A program made the position numbers and the translations under genes. A stretch of 64,000 nucleotides of DNA from Escherichia coli (GTDB lineage: Bacteria > Pseudomonadota > Gammaproteobacteria > Enterobacterales > Enterobacteriaceae): assembly GCF_003334255.1 (NCBI RefSeq), contig NZ_QOWU01000018.1, one strand, 5' to 3'. This document shows positions 14,882-27,366 of the stretch, one piece after another (the stretch's first letter is position 1; every line of letters starts with the position of its first letter). The notes below the pieces were generated by a model. The model was not told where the DNA came from and made no database searches. It saw nothing but the letters and a program-made list of their open reading frames with translations.

Positions 14882-15979
14882 GTGATTAAATTTCTCTCTG
14901 CATTAATTCTTCTACTGGTCACGACGGCGGCTCAGGCTGAGCGTATTCGCGATCTCACCAGTGTTCAGGGGGTAAGGCAAAACTCACTGATTGGCTATGG
15001 TCTGGTGGTGGGGCTGGATGGCACCGGTGACCAGACAACCCAGACGCCGTTTACCACACAAACGCTTAATAACATGCTCTCACAGCTGGGAATTACCGTT
15101 CCGACGGGCACCAATATGCAGCTAAAAAACGTCGCTGCGGTAATGGTGACAGCGTCACTTCCTCCGTTTGGACGTCAGGGGCAAACCATCGATGTGGTGG
15201 TTTCTTCCATGGGAAATGCCAAAAGCTTGCGTGGAGGTACGTTGTTGATGACACCGCTTAAGGGCGTTGACAGTCAGGTGTATGCGCTGGCGCAGGGCAA
15301 TATTCTGGTTGGCGGCGCAGGAGCCTCCGCTGGCGGTAGCAGTGTTCAGGTTAACCAACTGAACGGTGGACGGATCACCAATGGTGCGGTTATTGAACGT
15401 GAATTGCCCAGCCAGTTTGGCGTCGGGAATACCCTTAATTTGCAACTTAACGACGAAGATTTCAGCATGGCGCAGCAAATCGCTGACACCATCAACCGCG
15501 TGCGTGGATATGGCAGCGCCACCGCGTTAGATGCGCGGACTATTCAGGTGCGCGTACCGAGTGGCAACAGTTCCCAGGTCCGCTTCCTTGCCGATATTCA
15601 GAATATGCAGGTTAATGTCACCCCGCAGGACGCTAAAGTAGTGATTAACTCGCGCACCGGTTCGGTGGTGATGAATCGCGAAGTGACCCTCGACAGCTGC
15701 GCGGTAGCGCAGGGGAATCTCTCAGTAACAGTTAATCGTCAGGCCAATGTCAGCCAGCCAGATACACCGTTTGGTGGTGGACAGACTGTGGTTACTCCAC
15801 AAACGCAGATCGATTTACGCCAGAGCGGCGGTTCGCTGCAAAGCGTACGTTCCAGCGCCAGCCTCAATAACGTGGTGCGCGCGCTCAATGCGCTGGGCGC
15901 TACGCCGATGGATCTGATGTCCATACTGCAATCAATGCAAAGTGCGGGATGTCTGCGGGCAAAACTGGAAATCATCTGA
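14882..15979 (+). CDS. flgI: flagellar P-ring protein FlgI
   Basis: ORF-track frame trimmed by one codon to the second GTG, (M)[18 protein letters not shown] signal peptide; 365 aa. Confidence 0.93.
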
Positions 15980-16920
15980 TGATCAGCGACAGCAAACTAC
16001 TGGCAAGTGCGGCCTGGGATGCGCAATCACTCAACGAACTAAAGGCGAAAGCGGGCGAAGATCCGGCGGCAAATATCCGTCCGGTGGCCCGTCAGGTGGA
16101 AGGGATGTTCGTGCAGATGATGTTGAAAAGCATGCGCGACGCTTTACCAAAAGATGGCCTGTTCAGCAGCGAGCACACTCGCCTGTATACCAGTATGTAT
16201 GACCAGCAGATTGCCCAACAGATGACGGCGGGCAAAGGTCTGGGGCTTGCAGAGATGATGGTTAAACAGATGACGCCAGAACAACCATTGCCAGAGGAGT
16301 CCACGCCAGCAGCACCGATGAAATTCCCGCTCGAAACTGTGGTGCGTTATCAAAATCAGGCGCTTTTGCAGCTGGTGCAAAAGGCCGTGCCACGTAACTA
16401 CGATGATTCGCTGCCGGGTGACAGTAAAGCATTCCTCGCGCAACTCTCGCTGCCCGCCCAACTGGCAAGCCAGCAAAGCGGTGTGCCACATCATTTGATC
16501 CTCGCTCAGGCGGCACTGGAATCTGGTTGGGGGCAACGGCAAATCCGCCGCGAAAACGGCGAGCCGAGCTATAACCTGTTTGGTGTCAAAGCCTCTGGCA
16601 ACTGGAAAGGGCCAGTTACTGAAATCACCACGACTGAATATGAAAACGGCGAAGCGAAGAAAGTAAAAGCGAAGTTTCGCGTCTACAGCTCGTATCTGGA
16701 AGCCTTGTCGGATTACGTTGGGCTGTTAACGCGTAACCCGCGCTACGCCGCCGTGACGACCGCCGCGAGTGCGGAACAGGGGGCGCAGGCCCTACAGGAC
16801 GCGGGCTATGCCACCGATCCTCACTATGCCCGCAAACTCACCAACATGATTCAGCAGATGAAATCGATAAGCGACAAGGTGAGCAAAACCTACAGTATGA
16901 ACATTGATAATCTGTTCTGA
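15979..16920 (+). CDS. flgJ: flagellar rod assembly protein / peptidoglycan hydrolase FlgJ
   Basis: ORF-track frame trimmed to [14 protein letters not shown]; 313 aa; start overlaps the flgI stop. Confidence 0.94.
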   Translation: MISDSKLLASAAWDAQSLNELKAKAGEDPAANIRPVARQVEGMFVQMMLKSMRDALPKDGLFSSEHTRLYTSMYDQQIAQQMTAGKGLGLAEMMVKQMTPEQPLPEESTPAAPMKFPLETVVRYQNQALLQLVQKAVPRNYDDSLPGDSKAFLAQLSLPAQLASQQSGVPHHLILAQAALESGWGQRQIRRENGEPSYNLFGVKASGNWKGPVTEITTTEYENGEAKKVKAKFRVYSSYLEALSDYVGLLTRNPRYAAVTTAASAEQGAQALQDAGYATDPHYARKLTNMIQQMKSISDKVSKTYSMNIDNLF

Positions 16921-16921
16921 A

Positions 16922-16952
16922 TAACTCAAGTCCGGCGGGTCGCTGCCGATAA
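16922..16952 (+). promoter_or_regulatory. putative sigma-28 class 3 promoter for flgKL
   Basis: GCCGATAA -10-like element at 16945..16952; the -35 match is weak. Confidence 0.35.
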
Positions 16953-16985
16953 TACTCTGTAATTGAAGGCTTATAAGGAACCTCC

Positions 16986-18629
16986 ATGTCCAGCTTGATT
17001 AATAACGCCATGAGCGGACTGAACGCGGCCCAGGCGGCGTTAAATACGGCAAGTAATAATATCTCCAGCTATAACGTTGCCGGATATACCCGCCAAACCA
17101 CTATTATGGCGCAGGCCAATAGCACGTTGGGCGCTGGCGGCTGGGTTGGCAATGGTGTCTACGTTTCTGGTGTGCAGCGTGAGTATGATGCGTTTATTAC
17201 CAACCAGTTACGTGCGGCGCAGACGCAAAGTAGCGGTCTGACTGCCCGCTATGAGCAGATGTCGAAAATCGACAATATGCTCTCCACCAGTACCTCTTCG
17301 CTGGCAACACAGATGCAGGATTTCTTCACCAGCCTGCAAACGCTGGTGAGTAACGCGGAAGACCCGGCAGCGCGCCAGGCGCTGATTGGGAAATCAGAAG
17401 GATTGGTGAATCAGTTTAAAACCACCGATCAATATCTGCGCGACCAGGACAAACAGGTCAATATCGCGATAGGTGCCAGCGTTGATCAGATCAACAACTA
17501 CGCTAAACAAATTGCCAGCCTGAACGATCAAATCTCGCGCCTGACAGGCGTGGGGGCAGGGGCGTCACCTAACAATCTGCTGGATCAACGCGATCAACTG
17601 GTGAGCGAATTAAACCAGATTGTTGGTGTAGAAGTCAGCGTTCAGGATGGCGGCACTTATAACATCACGATGGCCAATGGTTACTCACTGGTTCAGGGAA
17701 GTACGGCGCGGCAACTGGCGGCAGTTCCTTCCAGCGCTGACCCTTCTCGTACGACTGTCGCTTATGTTGATGGGACGGCAGGCAATATTGAGATCCCGGA
17801 GAAATTACTGAATACCGGGTCGCTGGGCGGCATTCTGACATTCCGTTCTCAGGATCTGGACCAGACGCGTAATACGCTTGGACAACTGGCGCTGGCATTT
17901 GCCGAGGCTTTCAACACCCAACACAAAGCCGGATTTGATGCTAACGGCGATGCCGGTGAAGATTTCTTTGCTATCGGTAAGCCCGCGGTTCTGCAAAACA
18001 CGAAAAACAAAGGTGACGTTGCGATCGGTGCCACGGTAACTGATGCCTCCGCGGTACTGGCGACAGATTACAAAATCTCGTTCGATAATAATCAGTGGCA
18101 GGTCACCCGCCTTGCCAGCAATACCACTTTTACGGTGACGCCGGATGCCAACGGTAAAGTGGCATTTGATGGTCTGGAGTTGACGTTTACAGGAACGCCT
18201 GCCGTTAACGACAGCTTCACGCTGAAACCAGTAAGTGACGCCATCGTCAACATGGATGTATTAATCACCGACGAAGCGAAAATAGCGATGGCGAGCGAAG
18301 AAGATGCGGGTGATAGCGATAACCGCAACGGTCAGGCCCTGCTGGATCTGCAAAGCAACAGTAAAACGGTGGGCGGTGCGAAATCCTTTAACGACGCTTA
18401 TGCCTCGTTAGTGAGTGATATCGGTAATAAAACCGCGACGTTGAAAACCAGTAGCGCCACGCAAGGTAATGTGGTGACGCAGCTTTCCAATCAGCAGCAG
18501 TCGATTTCCGGTGTCAATCTCGATGAGGAGTACGGAAATCTGCAACGTTTTCAGCAGTATTACCTGGCGAATGCGCAGGTTCTGCAGACGGCAAACGCGA
18601 TTTTTGATGCGCTGATTAACATTCGCTAA
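16986..18629 (+). CDS. flgK: flagellar hook-filament junction protein FlgK (HAP1)
   Basis: 547-aa ORF matching FlgK. Confidence 0.96.
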   Translation: MSSLINNAMSGLNAAQAALNTASNNISSYNVAGYTRQTTIMAQANSTLGAGGWVGNGVYVSGVQREYDAFITNQLRAAQTQSSGLTARYEQMSKIDNMLSTSTSSLATQMQDFFTSLQTLVSNAEDPAARQALIGKSEGLVNQFKTTDQYLRDQDKQVNIAIGASVDQINNYAKQIASLNDQISRLTGVGAGASPNNLLDQRDQLVSELNQIVGVEVSVQDGGTYNITMANGYSLVQGSTARQLAAVPSSADPSRTTVAYVDGTAGNIEIPEKLLNTGSLGGILTFRSQDLDQTRNTLGQLALAFAEAFNTQHKAGFDANGDAGEDFFAIGKPAVLQNTKNKGDVAIGATVTDASAVLATDYKISFDNNQWQVTRLASNTTFTVTPDANGKVAFDGLELTFTGTPAVNDSFTLKPVSDAIVNMDVLITDEAKIAMASEEDAGDSDNRNGQALLDLQSNSKTVGGAKSFNDAYASLVSDIGNKTATLKTSSATQGNVVTQLSNQQQSISGVNLDEEYGNLQRFQQYYLANAQVLQTANAIFDALINIR

Positions 18630-18640
18630 GGGGAGATAAG

Positions 18641-19594
18641 ATGCGTTTCAGTACACAGATGATGTACCAGCAAAACATGCGTGGTATCACCAATTCTCAG
18701 GCAGAATGGATGAAGTACGGCGAACAGATGTCGACGGGTAAGCGAGTCGTTAACCCTTCTGACGATCCCATTGCTGCATCACAAGCCGTAGTTCTCTCCC
18801 AGGCACAGGCGCAAAACAGCCAGTACACGCTGGCGCGTACTTTCGCCACTCAAAAAGTGTCACTGGAAGAGAGTGTACTTAGCCAGGTCACCACTGCTAT
18901 CCAGAATGCTCAGGAAAAAATTGTCTACGCCAGCAATGGCACCTTGAGTGACGATGACCGGGCCTCGCTGGCTACGGATATTCAGGGGCTTCGTGACCAG
19001 TTGCTGAATCTGGCAAACACCACTGACGGTAACGGGCGCTACATTTTTGCCGGTTATAAAACAGAGACTGCGCCGTTTAGCGAAGAGAAAGGGAAATACG
19101 TCGGTGGAGCAGAAAGTATTAAACAACAGGTCGATGCTTCGCGTTCGATGGTGATAGGGCACACGGGTGACAAAATTTTCGACAGTATTACCAGCAACGC
19201 GGTAGCGGAACCAGACGGTAGCGCTTCTGAAACCAATCTTTTTGCCATGCTGGATAGTGCCATCGCAGCCCTGAAAACGCCGGTCGCGGATAGCGAAGCG
19301 GATAAAGAAACCGCCGCTGCGGCGTTAGATAAAACCAACCGCGGACTGAAAAACTCGCTGAACAATGTGCTGACTGTTCGCGCGGAATTAGGCACGCAGC
19401 TGAACGAACTGGAGTCGCTGGATTCATTAGGTAGCGATCGCGCTTTAGGGCAAACGCAGCAGATGAGCGATCTGGTTGATGTGGACTGGAATGCAACTAT
19501 TTCATCTTACATCATGCAGCAAACGGCATTGCAGGCATCGTATAAAGCATTTACCGATATGCAGGGATTGTCGCTCTTCCAGCTCAGCAAATAA
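18641..19594 (+). CDS. flgL: flagellar hook-filament junction protein FlgL (HAP3)
   Basis: 317-aa ORF matching FlgL. Confidence 0.96.
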   Translation: MRFSTQMMYQQNMRGITNSQAEWMKYGEQMSTGKRVVNPSDDPIAASQAVVLSQAQAQNSQYTLARTFATQKVSLEESVLSQVTTAIQNAQEKIVYASNGTLSDDDRASLATDIQGLRDQLLNLANTTDGNGRYIFAGYKTETAPFSEEKGKYVGGAESIKQQVDASRSMVIGHTGDKIFDSITSNAVAEPDGSASETNLFAMLDSAIAALKTPVADSEADKETAAAALDKTNRGLKNSLNNVLTVRAELGTQLNELESLDSLGSDRALGQTQQMSDLVDVDWNATISSYIMQQTALQASYKAFTDMQGLSLFQLSK

Positions 19595-19671
19595 TTTCGC
19601 TTTAAAACATATCATGAAACTGGGTATGTTTTGTCTGCCTGCTCTGGGATCGCTGGGGCGGGCATTTTTTT
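19595..19671 (+). ncRNA. flgL 3' UTR with intrinsic terminator; candidate 3'UTR-derived sRNA (FlgO-like)
   Basis: GC-rich hairpin about 19636..19664 followed by a T7 run; 3'UTR sRNAs of flagellar operons are reported for E. coli, but the identity here is recalled, not verified. Confidence 0.35.
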
Positions 19672-19741
19672 GCCTATTTTGCATTGTTGGTTAGCAAGGA
19701 TGCCATTCGATGAATTTTAATATGTTGATTCAAAGATGAAA

Positions 19742-19768
19742 TAAAAAAGCCCTGGCAGTTACCAGGGC
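19742..19768 (-). terminator. intrinsic terminator of rne
   Basis: GCCCTGGCAGTTACCAGGGC hairpin followed on the minus strand by a T6 run, just downstream of the rne stop. Confidence 0.8.
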
Positions 19769-19789
19769 TTGATTACTTTGAGCTAATTA

Positions 19790-22700
19790 TTACTCAACAG
19801 GTTGCGGACGCGCAGGAGCGGCAGAGGCATGATGTGTTGCCGTATGACCACCTGCGGCACCTTTACCTTCGAAGGCAAAAGTAGGGCGCTGCCAGTCACT
19901 GTGACGCGGTGCCTCCGGAACATATTCCGGTGCTGGAGCGCGCGTCATTGGCGCGGTAGCGTGGTTATGCTCAACGGTGACCTCAGGTTCGACCGCAGCT
20001 ACCGTTTCAACTTCTGCTGCGACTTCAGCGACTACTGGCGCGGCAGGTTGAGCAACAACTTCAGGTTCAGCAACTACAACCTCAGCAGTTTCGACAACTT
20101 CTTCAATATCTGCCGTCTCTTCCTGCGGTTCAACCACCGGTTCTGCTTGTTCTGCAACTTCCTGGGCTACGGCAACATCAGACTCGGTAATCACCTGCGG
20201 CTGTTCAGTTACCGCGGCAGCGATCACTTCAGGATGCGTCGTTTCAACCACTTCCGGTTGCGGTTCGGCAACCTGAACGGGGGCTTCTACGACACCGGCC
20301 ACTTCTTCAACAACTGGCGCGCTAACAACCGGTTCGATAGCGGCGGCGACAGGGACCTCAGTCACCATCGGCTGCACATGTACTTCTTCCTGTTCGCGCT
20401 GCTCTTCAACCTGTACATCTTGCGGACGTACAATTGGATAGCGGATCCAGACTTTGCCAGAGGCCAGTTCCGGAGACGCGCACGCTACGGTCAACGGCAT
20501 TGGCGACTGGGTTGGATAACGCTCGTCACGATAGCGACGACGACGCTGACCACTTACGCGCAGGTGACGAGGCGAGCGGCGAGAACGACGCGGCATGCCA
20601 CCGTTGTCACGGTTATCAGCATTGTTCTCTTCTTGCTGTTCTGGTGCAGTTTGCGCTACGACTGGCAGCGGGACTTTCACCAGTTCTGTGCGTGGAGCTG
20701 GCGCTTCCTGAACAATTGGTTCGGCAGCGACAGTTTCTTCAACCACCGGTGCGACTACCGCTTCTTCGGCTACGCTTTGCTCGTAACGCACTTTCTGATT
20801 GAGCTGACGCTGTTTACGACGCGGCTGAACCGGACGTACACGTTCTTCCTGTTCGGTTTCCTGAACAGATTGCTCTTCAACATTCAGCGCCTTCGCTTCT
20901 TGTTGCGCCTGACGTTTATCATCATTACGGCGGCGGCTACGTTCACGACGCGGCGCTTGCTGCTCGTCGGCGGTACGCGCTTTTTCCGTTACCTCAGCCT
21001 GCTGACGGCTCTCACGCGTCTCGGCAGTCTGCTGCTGTGCCTGGCGACGATTACGACGGTTTTCTTCGCGATTATCGCTGCCTTCAGTACGTTCACTACG
21101 GGTGTCGCGGCGCTCATTACGGTCACGGCGGTTGTTCTGACGAGGCTTGCGACGATCCTGTTGACGTTCCGGTTTCGCTTCTGCTTTCGGTGCTGGTTGC
21201 TCGGTCGGTTTGGTTTCTTCACCACCGCTGAACAGCGCTTTCAGTGCGCCGAAGAAGCGGCTCAACAGCCCAGGTTGTGCAGGAGCTGCTGGTGTTGCCG
21301 GTGCAGCTTTCGGTGCTGGAGCTACAACAGGCGCGGCAGGTTCAGCTGGCGTTGGCGCAGGCGGCACATCCGGCATGGCAAAGGTTGCCAGCGCAGGTTG
21401 TTCCGGACGCTTACGTTCAGCGAACTCTTCTTCAGACGGCAGCGCCATCGCTTCTTCATGCAGCTTCGGCAGCATGTAGCTTAAGGTTGGGGTTTCTTCC
21501 CCTTTACGCACGCGCAGCACGTGGTAGTGCGGGGTTTCCATCTGATCGTTTGGCACAATTACACAGCGCACACCGTCCTGACGAGTTTCAATGGCATTTA
21601 CCGCAGAACGTTTTTCATTCAGCAGGTAAGAAGCGATTGGCACAGGAACAATGGCGTGAACTTCCTGGGTGTTCTCTTTCAGCGCTTCTTCTTCGATCAG
21701 ACGCAGAATAGAGAGCGACAGCGATTCGTTGTCACGCACGGTGCCAGTACCAGAACAACGCGGACAAACGTGATGACTGGATTCACCCAGTGATGGGCTC
21801 AGGCGCTGACGGGACATTTCCAGCAGGCCAAAGCGAGAAATATGGCTGATTTGAATACGCGCACGGTCCTGACGCACCGCTTCACGCAGACGGTTTTCTA
21901 CCGCACGCTGGTGGCGTACTGGCGTCATGTCGATGAAGTCGATAACAATCAGGCCGCCGAGGTCACGCAGGCGCAGCTGACGAGCAATCTCATCGGCAGC
22001 TTCGAGGTTAGTGTTAAACGCGGTTTCTTCGATATCGCCGCCGCGGGTCGCGCGTGCGGAGTTGATGTCGATGGCCGTTAACGCTTCGGTGCTGTCGATA
22101 ACAATGGAACCACCAGACGGCAGACGAACTTCACGCTGGAAGGCGGACTCGATCTGTGACTCGATCTGGTAGTGGCTGAACAGCGGGATCTCGCCGGTGT
22201 ACAGTTTGATTTTGCTGCTGAAATCCGGGCGACCTAATGCAGCGATATGCTGACGTGCCAGTTCGAGCACTTTCGGGTTATCGATAAGGATTTCGCCGAT
22301 GTCCTGACGTAAGTAATCGCGGAATGCGCGAACGATTACGTTGCTCTCCTGATGAATCAGGAACGGGGCCGGGCGGCTTTCAGCGGCTTTTTTGATGGCT
22401 TCCCAGTGTTTCAGACGGAAGCTTAAATCCCATTGCAGCGCCTCAGCAGATTTGCCGACGCCAGCGGTGCGCACGATAAGCCCCATGCCTTCCGGCAGTT
22501 CAAGGCTTGCCAGTGCTTCTTTTAATTCGGTACGGTCGTCGCCTTCGATACGGCGAGAAATGCCACCCGCGCGCGGGTTGTTCGGCATCAGAACCAGATA
22601 GCTACCCGCCAGACTGATAAAGGTGGTTAATGCCGCGCCTTTGTTGCCGCGCTCTTCTTTATCGATCTGAACAATGACTTCCTGACCTTCACGCAACACA

Positions 22701-22975
22701 TCTTTAATGTTGGGACGACCATGAGCACTGTAGTTAGCAGGGAAATATTCGCGGGCAATTTCTTTTAGTGGGAGGAAACCGTGACGTTCAGCGCCGTAAT
22801 CAACAAAAGCAGCTTCCAGACTCGGTTCAATGCGGGTGATTTTACCTTTGTAGATGTTTGCCTTTTTCTGCTCGTGCCCTGGACTTTCGATATCCAGGTC
22901 ATACAGACGCTGCCCATCTACAAGGGCAACGCGCAACTCTTCCTGCTGAGTTGCGTTGATTAACATTCTTTTCAT
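19790..22975 (-). CDS. rne: ribonuclease E
   Basis: 1061-aa ORF; N-terminal catalytic domain ([30 protein letters not shown]) and Arg/Pro/Glu-rich low-complexity C-terminal scaffold. Confidence 0.98.
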   Translation of the reverse strand: MKRMLINATQQEELRVALVDGQRLYDLDIESPGHEQKKANIYKGKITRIEPSLEAAFVDYGAERHGFLPLKEIAREYFPANYSAHGRPNIKDVLREGQEVIVQIDKEERGNKGAALTTFISLAGSYLVLMPNNPRAGGISRRIEGDDRTELKEALASLELPEGMGLIVRTAGVGKSAEALQWDLSFRLKHWEAIKKAAESRPAPFLIHQESNVIVRAFRDYLRQDIGEILIDNPKVLELARQHIAALGRPDFSSKIKLYTGEIPLFSHYQIESQIESAFQREVRLPSGGSIVIDSTEALTAIDINSARATRGGDIEETAFNTNLEAADEIARQLRLRDLGGLIVIDFIDMTPVRHQRAVENRLREAVRQDRARIQISHISRFGLLEMSRQRLSPSLGESSHHVCPRCSGTGTVRDNESLSLSILRLIEEEALKENTQEVHAIVPVPIASYLLNEKRSAVNAIETRQDGVRCVIVPNDQMETPHYHVLRVRKGEETPTLSYMLPKLHEEAMALPSEEEFAERKRPEQPALATFAMPDVPPAPTPAEPAAPVVAPAPKAAPATPAAPAQPGLLSRFFGALKALFSGGEETKPTEQPAPKAEAKPERQQDRRKPRQNNRRDRNERRDTRSERTEGSDNREENRRNRRQAQQQTAETRESRQQAEVTEKARTADEQQAPRRERSRRRNDDKRQAQQEAKALNVEEQSVQETEQEERVRPVQPRRKQRQLNQKVRYEQSVAEEAVVAPVVEETVAAEPIVQEAPAPRTELVKVPLPVVAQTAPEQQEENNADNRDNGGMPRRSRRSPRHLRVSGQRRRRYRDERYPTQSPMPLTVACASPELASGKVWIRYPIVRPQDVQVEEQREQEEVHVQPMVTEVPVAAAIEPVVSAPVVEEVAGVVEAPVQVAEPQPEVVETTHPEVIAAAVTEQPQVITESDVAVAQEVAEQAEPVVEPQEETADIEEVVETAEVVVAEPEVVAQPAAPVVAEVAAEVETVAAVEPEVTVEHNHATAPMTRAPAPEYVPEAPRHSDWQRPTFAFEGKGAAGGHTATHHASAAPARPQPVE

Positions 22976-23336
22976 CGTAACTTACTCATTATTCTTACAT
23001 TGACGACTAAGCTGCGGGCAAAGTAACGCCTTTCCGGGTGTGAACCGATGGCCTCGTGTCTAGTCGCGTCGCCAACCTCACGGTTATCGTCAGCTCAAAG
23101 AGGCGCAGAGTGTCGGTTGCCCGTTTTTCATGCGGAAAAACAGCGCAATTATCAAAGAAACAGACTGGGTATTACTCTCCAGAAATATTTCCATCTACCG
23201 GTAAGGACTGCAACCCGCAGCCCGCTAACTGCCTGAAAGATCAATACGTCTTACGCCATTGCTGCGTGGATGATCGGTCGGGCAAAATGGGTTATTCCGT
23301 AAAATTTCTTGTTTTAACAAGGATGGACACGGAAAC
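22976..23336 (-). promoter_or_regulatory. rne long 5' UTR (autoregulatory leader)
   Basis: The 572-bp rne-rluC intergenic region matches the known long rne leader; extent taken from established knowledge, not resolved from sequence. Confidence 0.55.
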
Positions 23337-23547
23337 GGCCTCATTATTCCACTGCAAGCCTTGTTATAGCAAGATGACTTTTACCATTTATCACCCGCTT
23401 ACTCACAGTTTTTTCACTTCTTGCTGGTGATTGGTTTAATAACCATCAATAAAGTGATCACGCAGTGAAGTAATAAGGTGCAAAAGTAAATATAAGCATA
23501 GAAAAATGAGTGGCGCGAATCCTGTTGGCTAATTAGAATCGCCAACC

Positions 23548-24507
23548 ATGAAAACAGAGACTCCATCCGTAAAAATTGTTGCTATCACCGCTGACGAAGC
23601 GGGGCAACGTATCGATAACTTTTTGCGTACCCAATTGAAAGGCGTACCAAAAAGTATGATTTACCGTATTTTGCGTAAAGGCGAAGTGCGGGTGAACAAA
23701 AAACGTATTAAGCCTGAATATAAACTCGAAGCGGGTGATGAGGTGCGTATTCCACCGGTTCGCGTTGCTGAGCGGGAAGAAGAGGCGGTTTCGCCACATC
23801 TGCAAAAGGTGGCGGCGCTGGCGGACGTCATCTTATATGAAGATGATCACATCCTGGTGCTGAATAAACCTTCCGGTACGGCGGTACATGGCGGCAGTGG
23901 TTTAAGCTTCGGCGTTATTGAAGGTTTGCGGGCGTTGCGCCCGGAAGCGCGGTTCCTTGAACTGGTTCATCGTCTTGACCGGGACACCTCAGGTGTTTTG
24001 CTGGTAGCGAAAAAACGCTCGGCGTTGCGTTCTCTGCATGAGCAATTACGTGAAAAAGGGATGCAAAAAGATTACCTGGCGCTGGTGCGCGGTCAGTGGC
24101 AGTCGCATGTGAAGAGCGTTCAAGCACCGTTACTGAAAAATATTCTGCAAAGCGGCGAACGTATCGTGCGTGTGAGTCAGGAAGGCAAACCGTCGGAAAC
24201 ACGCTTTAAAGTGGAAGAACGCTATGCATTTGCCACCCTGGTGCGTTGTAGCCCGGTAACAGGGCGTACTCACCAGATCCGTGTGCATACACAATATGCG
24301 GGTCATCCGATTGCCTTTGACGATCGCTACGGTGACCGTGAATTTGACAGGCAGCTCACTGAAGCAGGCACGGGATTAAATCGCCTGTTCCTGCACGCTG
24401 CAGCGTTGAAGTTTACTCATCCGGGGACCGGTGAGGTGATGCGTATCGAAGCTCCGATGGATGAAGGTTTGAAGCGTTGTTTGCAAAAGCTGCGTAACGC
24501 GCGCTAA
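23548..24507 (+). CDS. rluC: 23S rRNA pseudouridine(955/2504/2580) synthase RluC
   Basis: 319-aa ORF with S4 domain and RluA-family catalytic motif (HRLDRDTSGVLLVAK). Confidence 0.95.
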   Translation: MKTETPSVKIVAITADEAGQRIDNFLRTQLKGVPKSMIYRILRKGEVRVNKKRIKPEYKLEAGDEVRIPPVRVAEREEEAVSPHLQKVAALADVILYEDDHILVLNKPSGTAVHGGSGLSFGVIEGLRALRPEARFLELVHRLDRDTSGVLLVAKKRSALRSLHEQLREKGMQKDYLALVRGQWQSHVKSVQAPLLKNILQSGERIVRVSQEGKPSETRFKVEERYAFATLVRCSPVTGRTHQIRVHTQYAGHPIAFDDRYGDREFDRQLTEAGTGLNRLFLHAAALKFTHPGTGEVMRIEAPMDEGLKRCLQKLRNAR

Positions 24508-24532
24508 TACAAGCATATAAACCTGATAATGG

Positions 24533-24611
24533 GCGGTTGGCCTGATAAGGCGTTTACGCCGCATCAGGCCGCCAGCACCGATTGCCGGATGCGACGTAAC
24601 CACATCCGGCG
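24533..24611. repeat. REP/BIME element between rluC and yceF
   Basis: GCCTGATAAGGCGTTTACGCCGCATCAGGC and GCCGGATGCGACG...CATCCGGC palindromic units. Confidence 0.85.
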
Positions 24612-24618
24612 CAAAAAA

Positions 24619-25203
24619 CTATCCCATCAGCGGGTTTTTCCCTTCCCGACGTAACATCTGACACAGCGCGATTAGCGGTAAACCAACCAGCGTGTTAGGA
24701 TCACGCCCCTCTAAACGCTCAAACAGCGTAATGCCAAATCCTTCACTCTTAAAGCTACCCGCGCAGTGCAGGGGATGCTCTTTACGCACGTAATTATCAA
24801 TCTCCGCCTCGCTCAGGTGACGGAAATGGACGTCAAAAGGCTCCACTTCTGTTTGCAGATGCCCATTCGCCGAATTAAACAACGCCAGTCCAGTATAGAA
24901 GGTGACGATATTGCCGCTGGCTTTGCGTAATTGCAGACGGGCATTTTCTTCCGTTAACGGTTTACCGGTGATTTCGCCATCAAGAACACATACCTGGTCT
25001 GAACCAATAATTAAATGATCCGGATAACGTGACGCCAGAGATTGCGCTTTTTCTTGTGCCAGTCGAAGCACCAACTGTCGCGGTGATTCGTCGCTGCGTG
25101 GGGTTTCGTCGACCTCTGGTGCTGCACATTCAAAAGAGATTTGCAGTTTTTCCAGAAGAGCGCGACGCCATGGCGAGGTGGAGGCTAAAATAAGTTTAGG
25201 CAT
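24619..25203 (-). CDS. yceF: Maf-like nucleotide pyrophosphatase YceF
   Basis: ORF-track frame trimmed to [20 protein letters not shown]; 194 aa. Confidence 0.92.
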
Positions 25204-25389
25204 ATTTTTTTCCATCAGATATAGCGTATTGATGATAGCCATTTTAAACTATGCGCTTCGTTTTGCAGGTTGATGTTTGTTATCAGCACTGAACGAAAAT
25301 AAAGCAGTAACCCGCAATGTGTGCGAATTATTGGCAAAAGGCAACCACAGGCTGCCTTTTTCTTTGACTCTATGACGTTACAAAGTTAA

Positions 25390-25923
<534 letters not shown>

Positions 25924-25962
25924 TTGGTGCTCCCCGTTGGATCGGGGATAAACCGTAATTGA

Positions 25963-26148
<186 letters not shown>

Positions 26149-26228
26149 TCACGCATCTGCGTGATGAAGCTTAGTGAGGATTTTCCCCAGGCAACTGGGG
26201 AAAGACCAAACCGGGCGGCGACGATACC

Positions 26229-27299
26229 TTGACACGTCTAACCCTGGCGTTAGATGTCATGGGAGGGGATTTTGGCCCTTCCGTGACAGTGCCTGCAGCA
26301 TTGCAGGCACTGAATTCTAATTCGCAACTCACTCTTCTTTTAGTCGGCAATCCCGACGCCATCACGCCATTACTTGCTAAAGCTGACTTTGAACAACGTT
26401 CGCGTCTGCAGATTATTCCTGCGCAGTCAGTTATCGCCAGTGATGCCCGGCCTTCGCAAGCTATCCGCGCCAGTCGTGGGAGTTCAATGCGCGTGGCCCT
26501 GGAGCTGGTGAAAGAAGGTCGAGCGCAAGCCTGTGTCAGTGCCGGTAATACCGGGGCGCTGATGGGGCTGGCAAAATTATTACTCAAGCCCCTGGAGGGG
26601 ATTGAGCGTCCGGCGCTGGTGACGGTATTACCACATCAGCAAAAGGGCAAAACGGTGGTCCTTGACTTAGGGGCCAACGTCGATTGTGACAGCACAATGC
26701 TGGTGCAATTTGCCATTATGGGCTCAGTTCTGGCTGAAGAGGTGGTGGAAATTCCCAATCCTCGCGTGGCGTTGCTCAATATTGGTGAAGAAGAAGTAAA
26801 GGGTCTCGACAGTATTCGGGATGCCTCAGCGGTGCTTAAAACAATCCCTTCTATCAATTATATCGGCTATCTTGAAGCCAATGAGTTGTTAACTGGCAAG
26901 ACAGATGTGCTGGTTTGTGACGGCTTTACAGGAAATGTCACATTAAAGACGATGGAAGGTGTTGTCAGGATGTTCCTTTCTCTGCTGAAATCTCAGGGTG
27001 AAGGGAAAAAACGGTCGTGGTGGCTACTGTTATTAAAGCGTTGGCTACAAAAGAGCCTGACGAGGCGATTCAGTCACCTCAACCCCGACCAGTATAACGG
27101 CGCCTGTCTGTTAGGATTGCGCGGCACGGTGATAAAAAGTCATGGTGCAGCCAATCAGCGAGCTTTTGCGGTCGCGATTGAACAGGCAGTGCAGGCGGTG
27201 CAGCGACAAGTTCCTCAGCGAATTGCCGCTCGCCTGGAATCTGTATACCCAGCTGGTTTTGAGCTGCTGGACGGTGGCAAAAGCGGAACTCTGCGGTAG
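26229..27299 (+). CDS. plsX: phosphate acyltransferase PlsX
   Basis: 356-aa ORF matching PlsX. Confidence 0.95.
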
Positions 27300-27366
27300 C
27301 AGGACGCTGCCAGCGAACTCGCAGTTTGCAAGTGACGGTATATAACCGAAAAGTGACTGAGCGTAC

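Noticed and set aside
19802-21484. 560-aa plus-strand ORF, plus several 60-150 aa ORFs on both strands between 20400 and 22100
   Set aside because: Antisense to or out of frame within rne. The RNase E C-terminal scaffold is GC-rich, repetitive and low-complexity, which suppresses stop codons in other frames. The translations are Arg/Phe/Leu-rich nonsense with no recognisable domains.
23056-23430. 124-aa plus-strand ORF (yceQ-like) upstream of rluC
   Set aside because: Lies within and antisense to the rne 5' leader; composition is unlike a real protein. Not called as a CDS.
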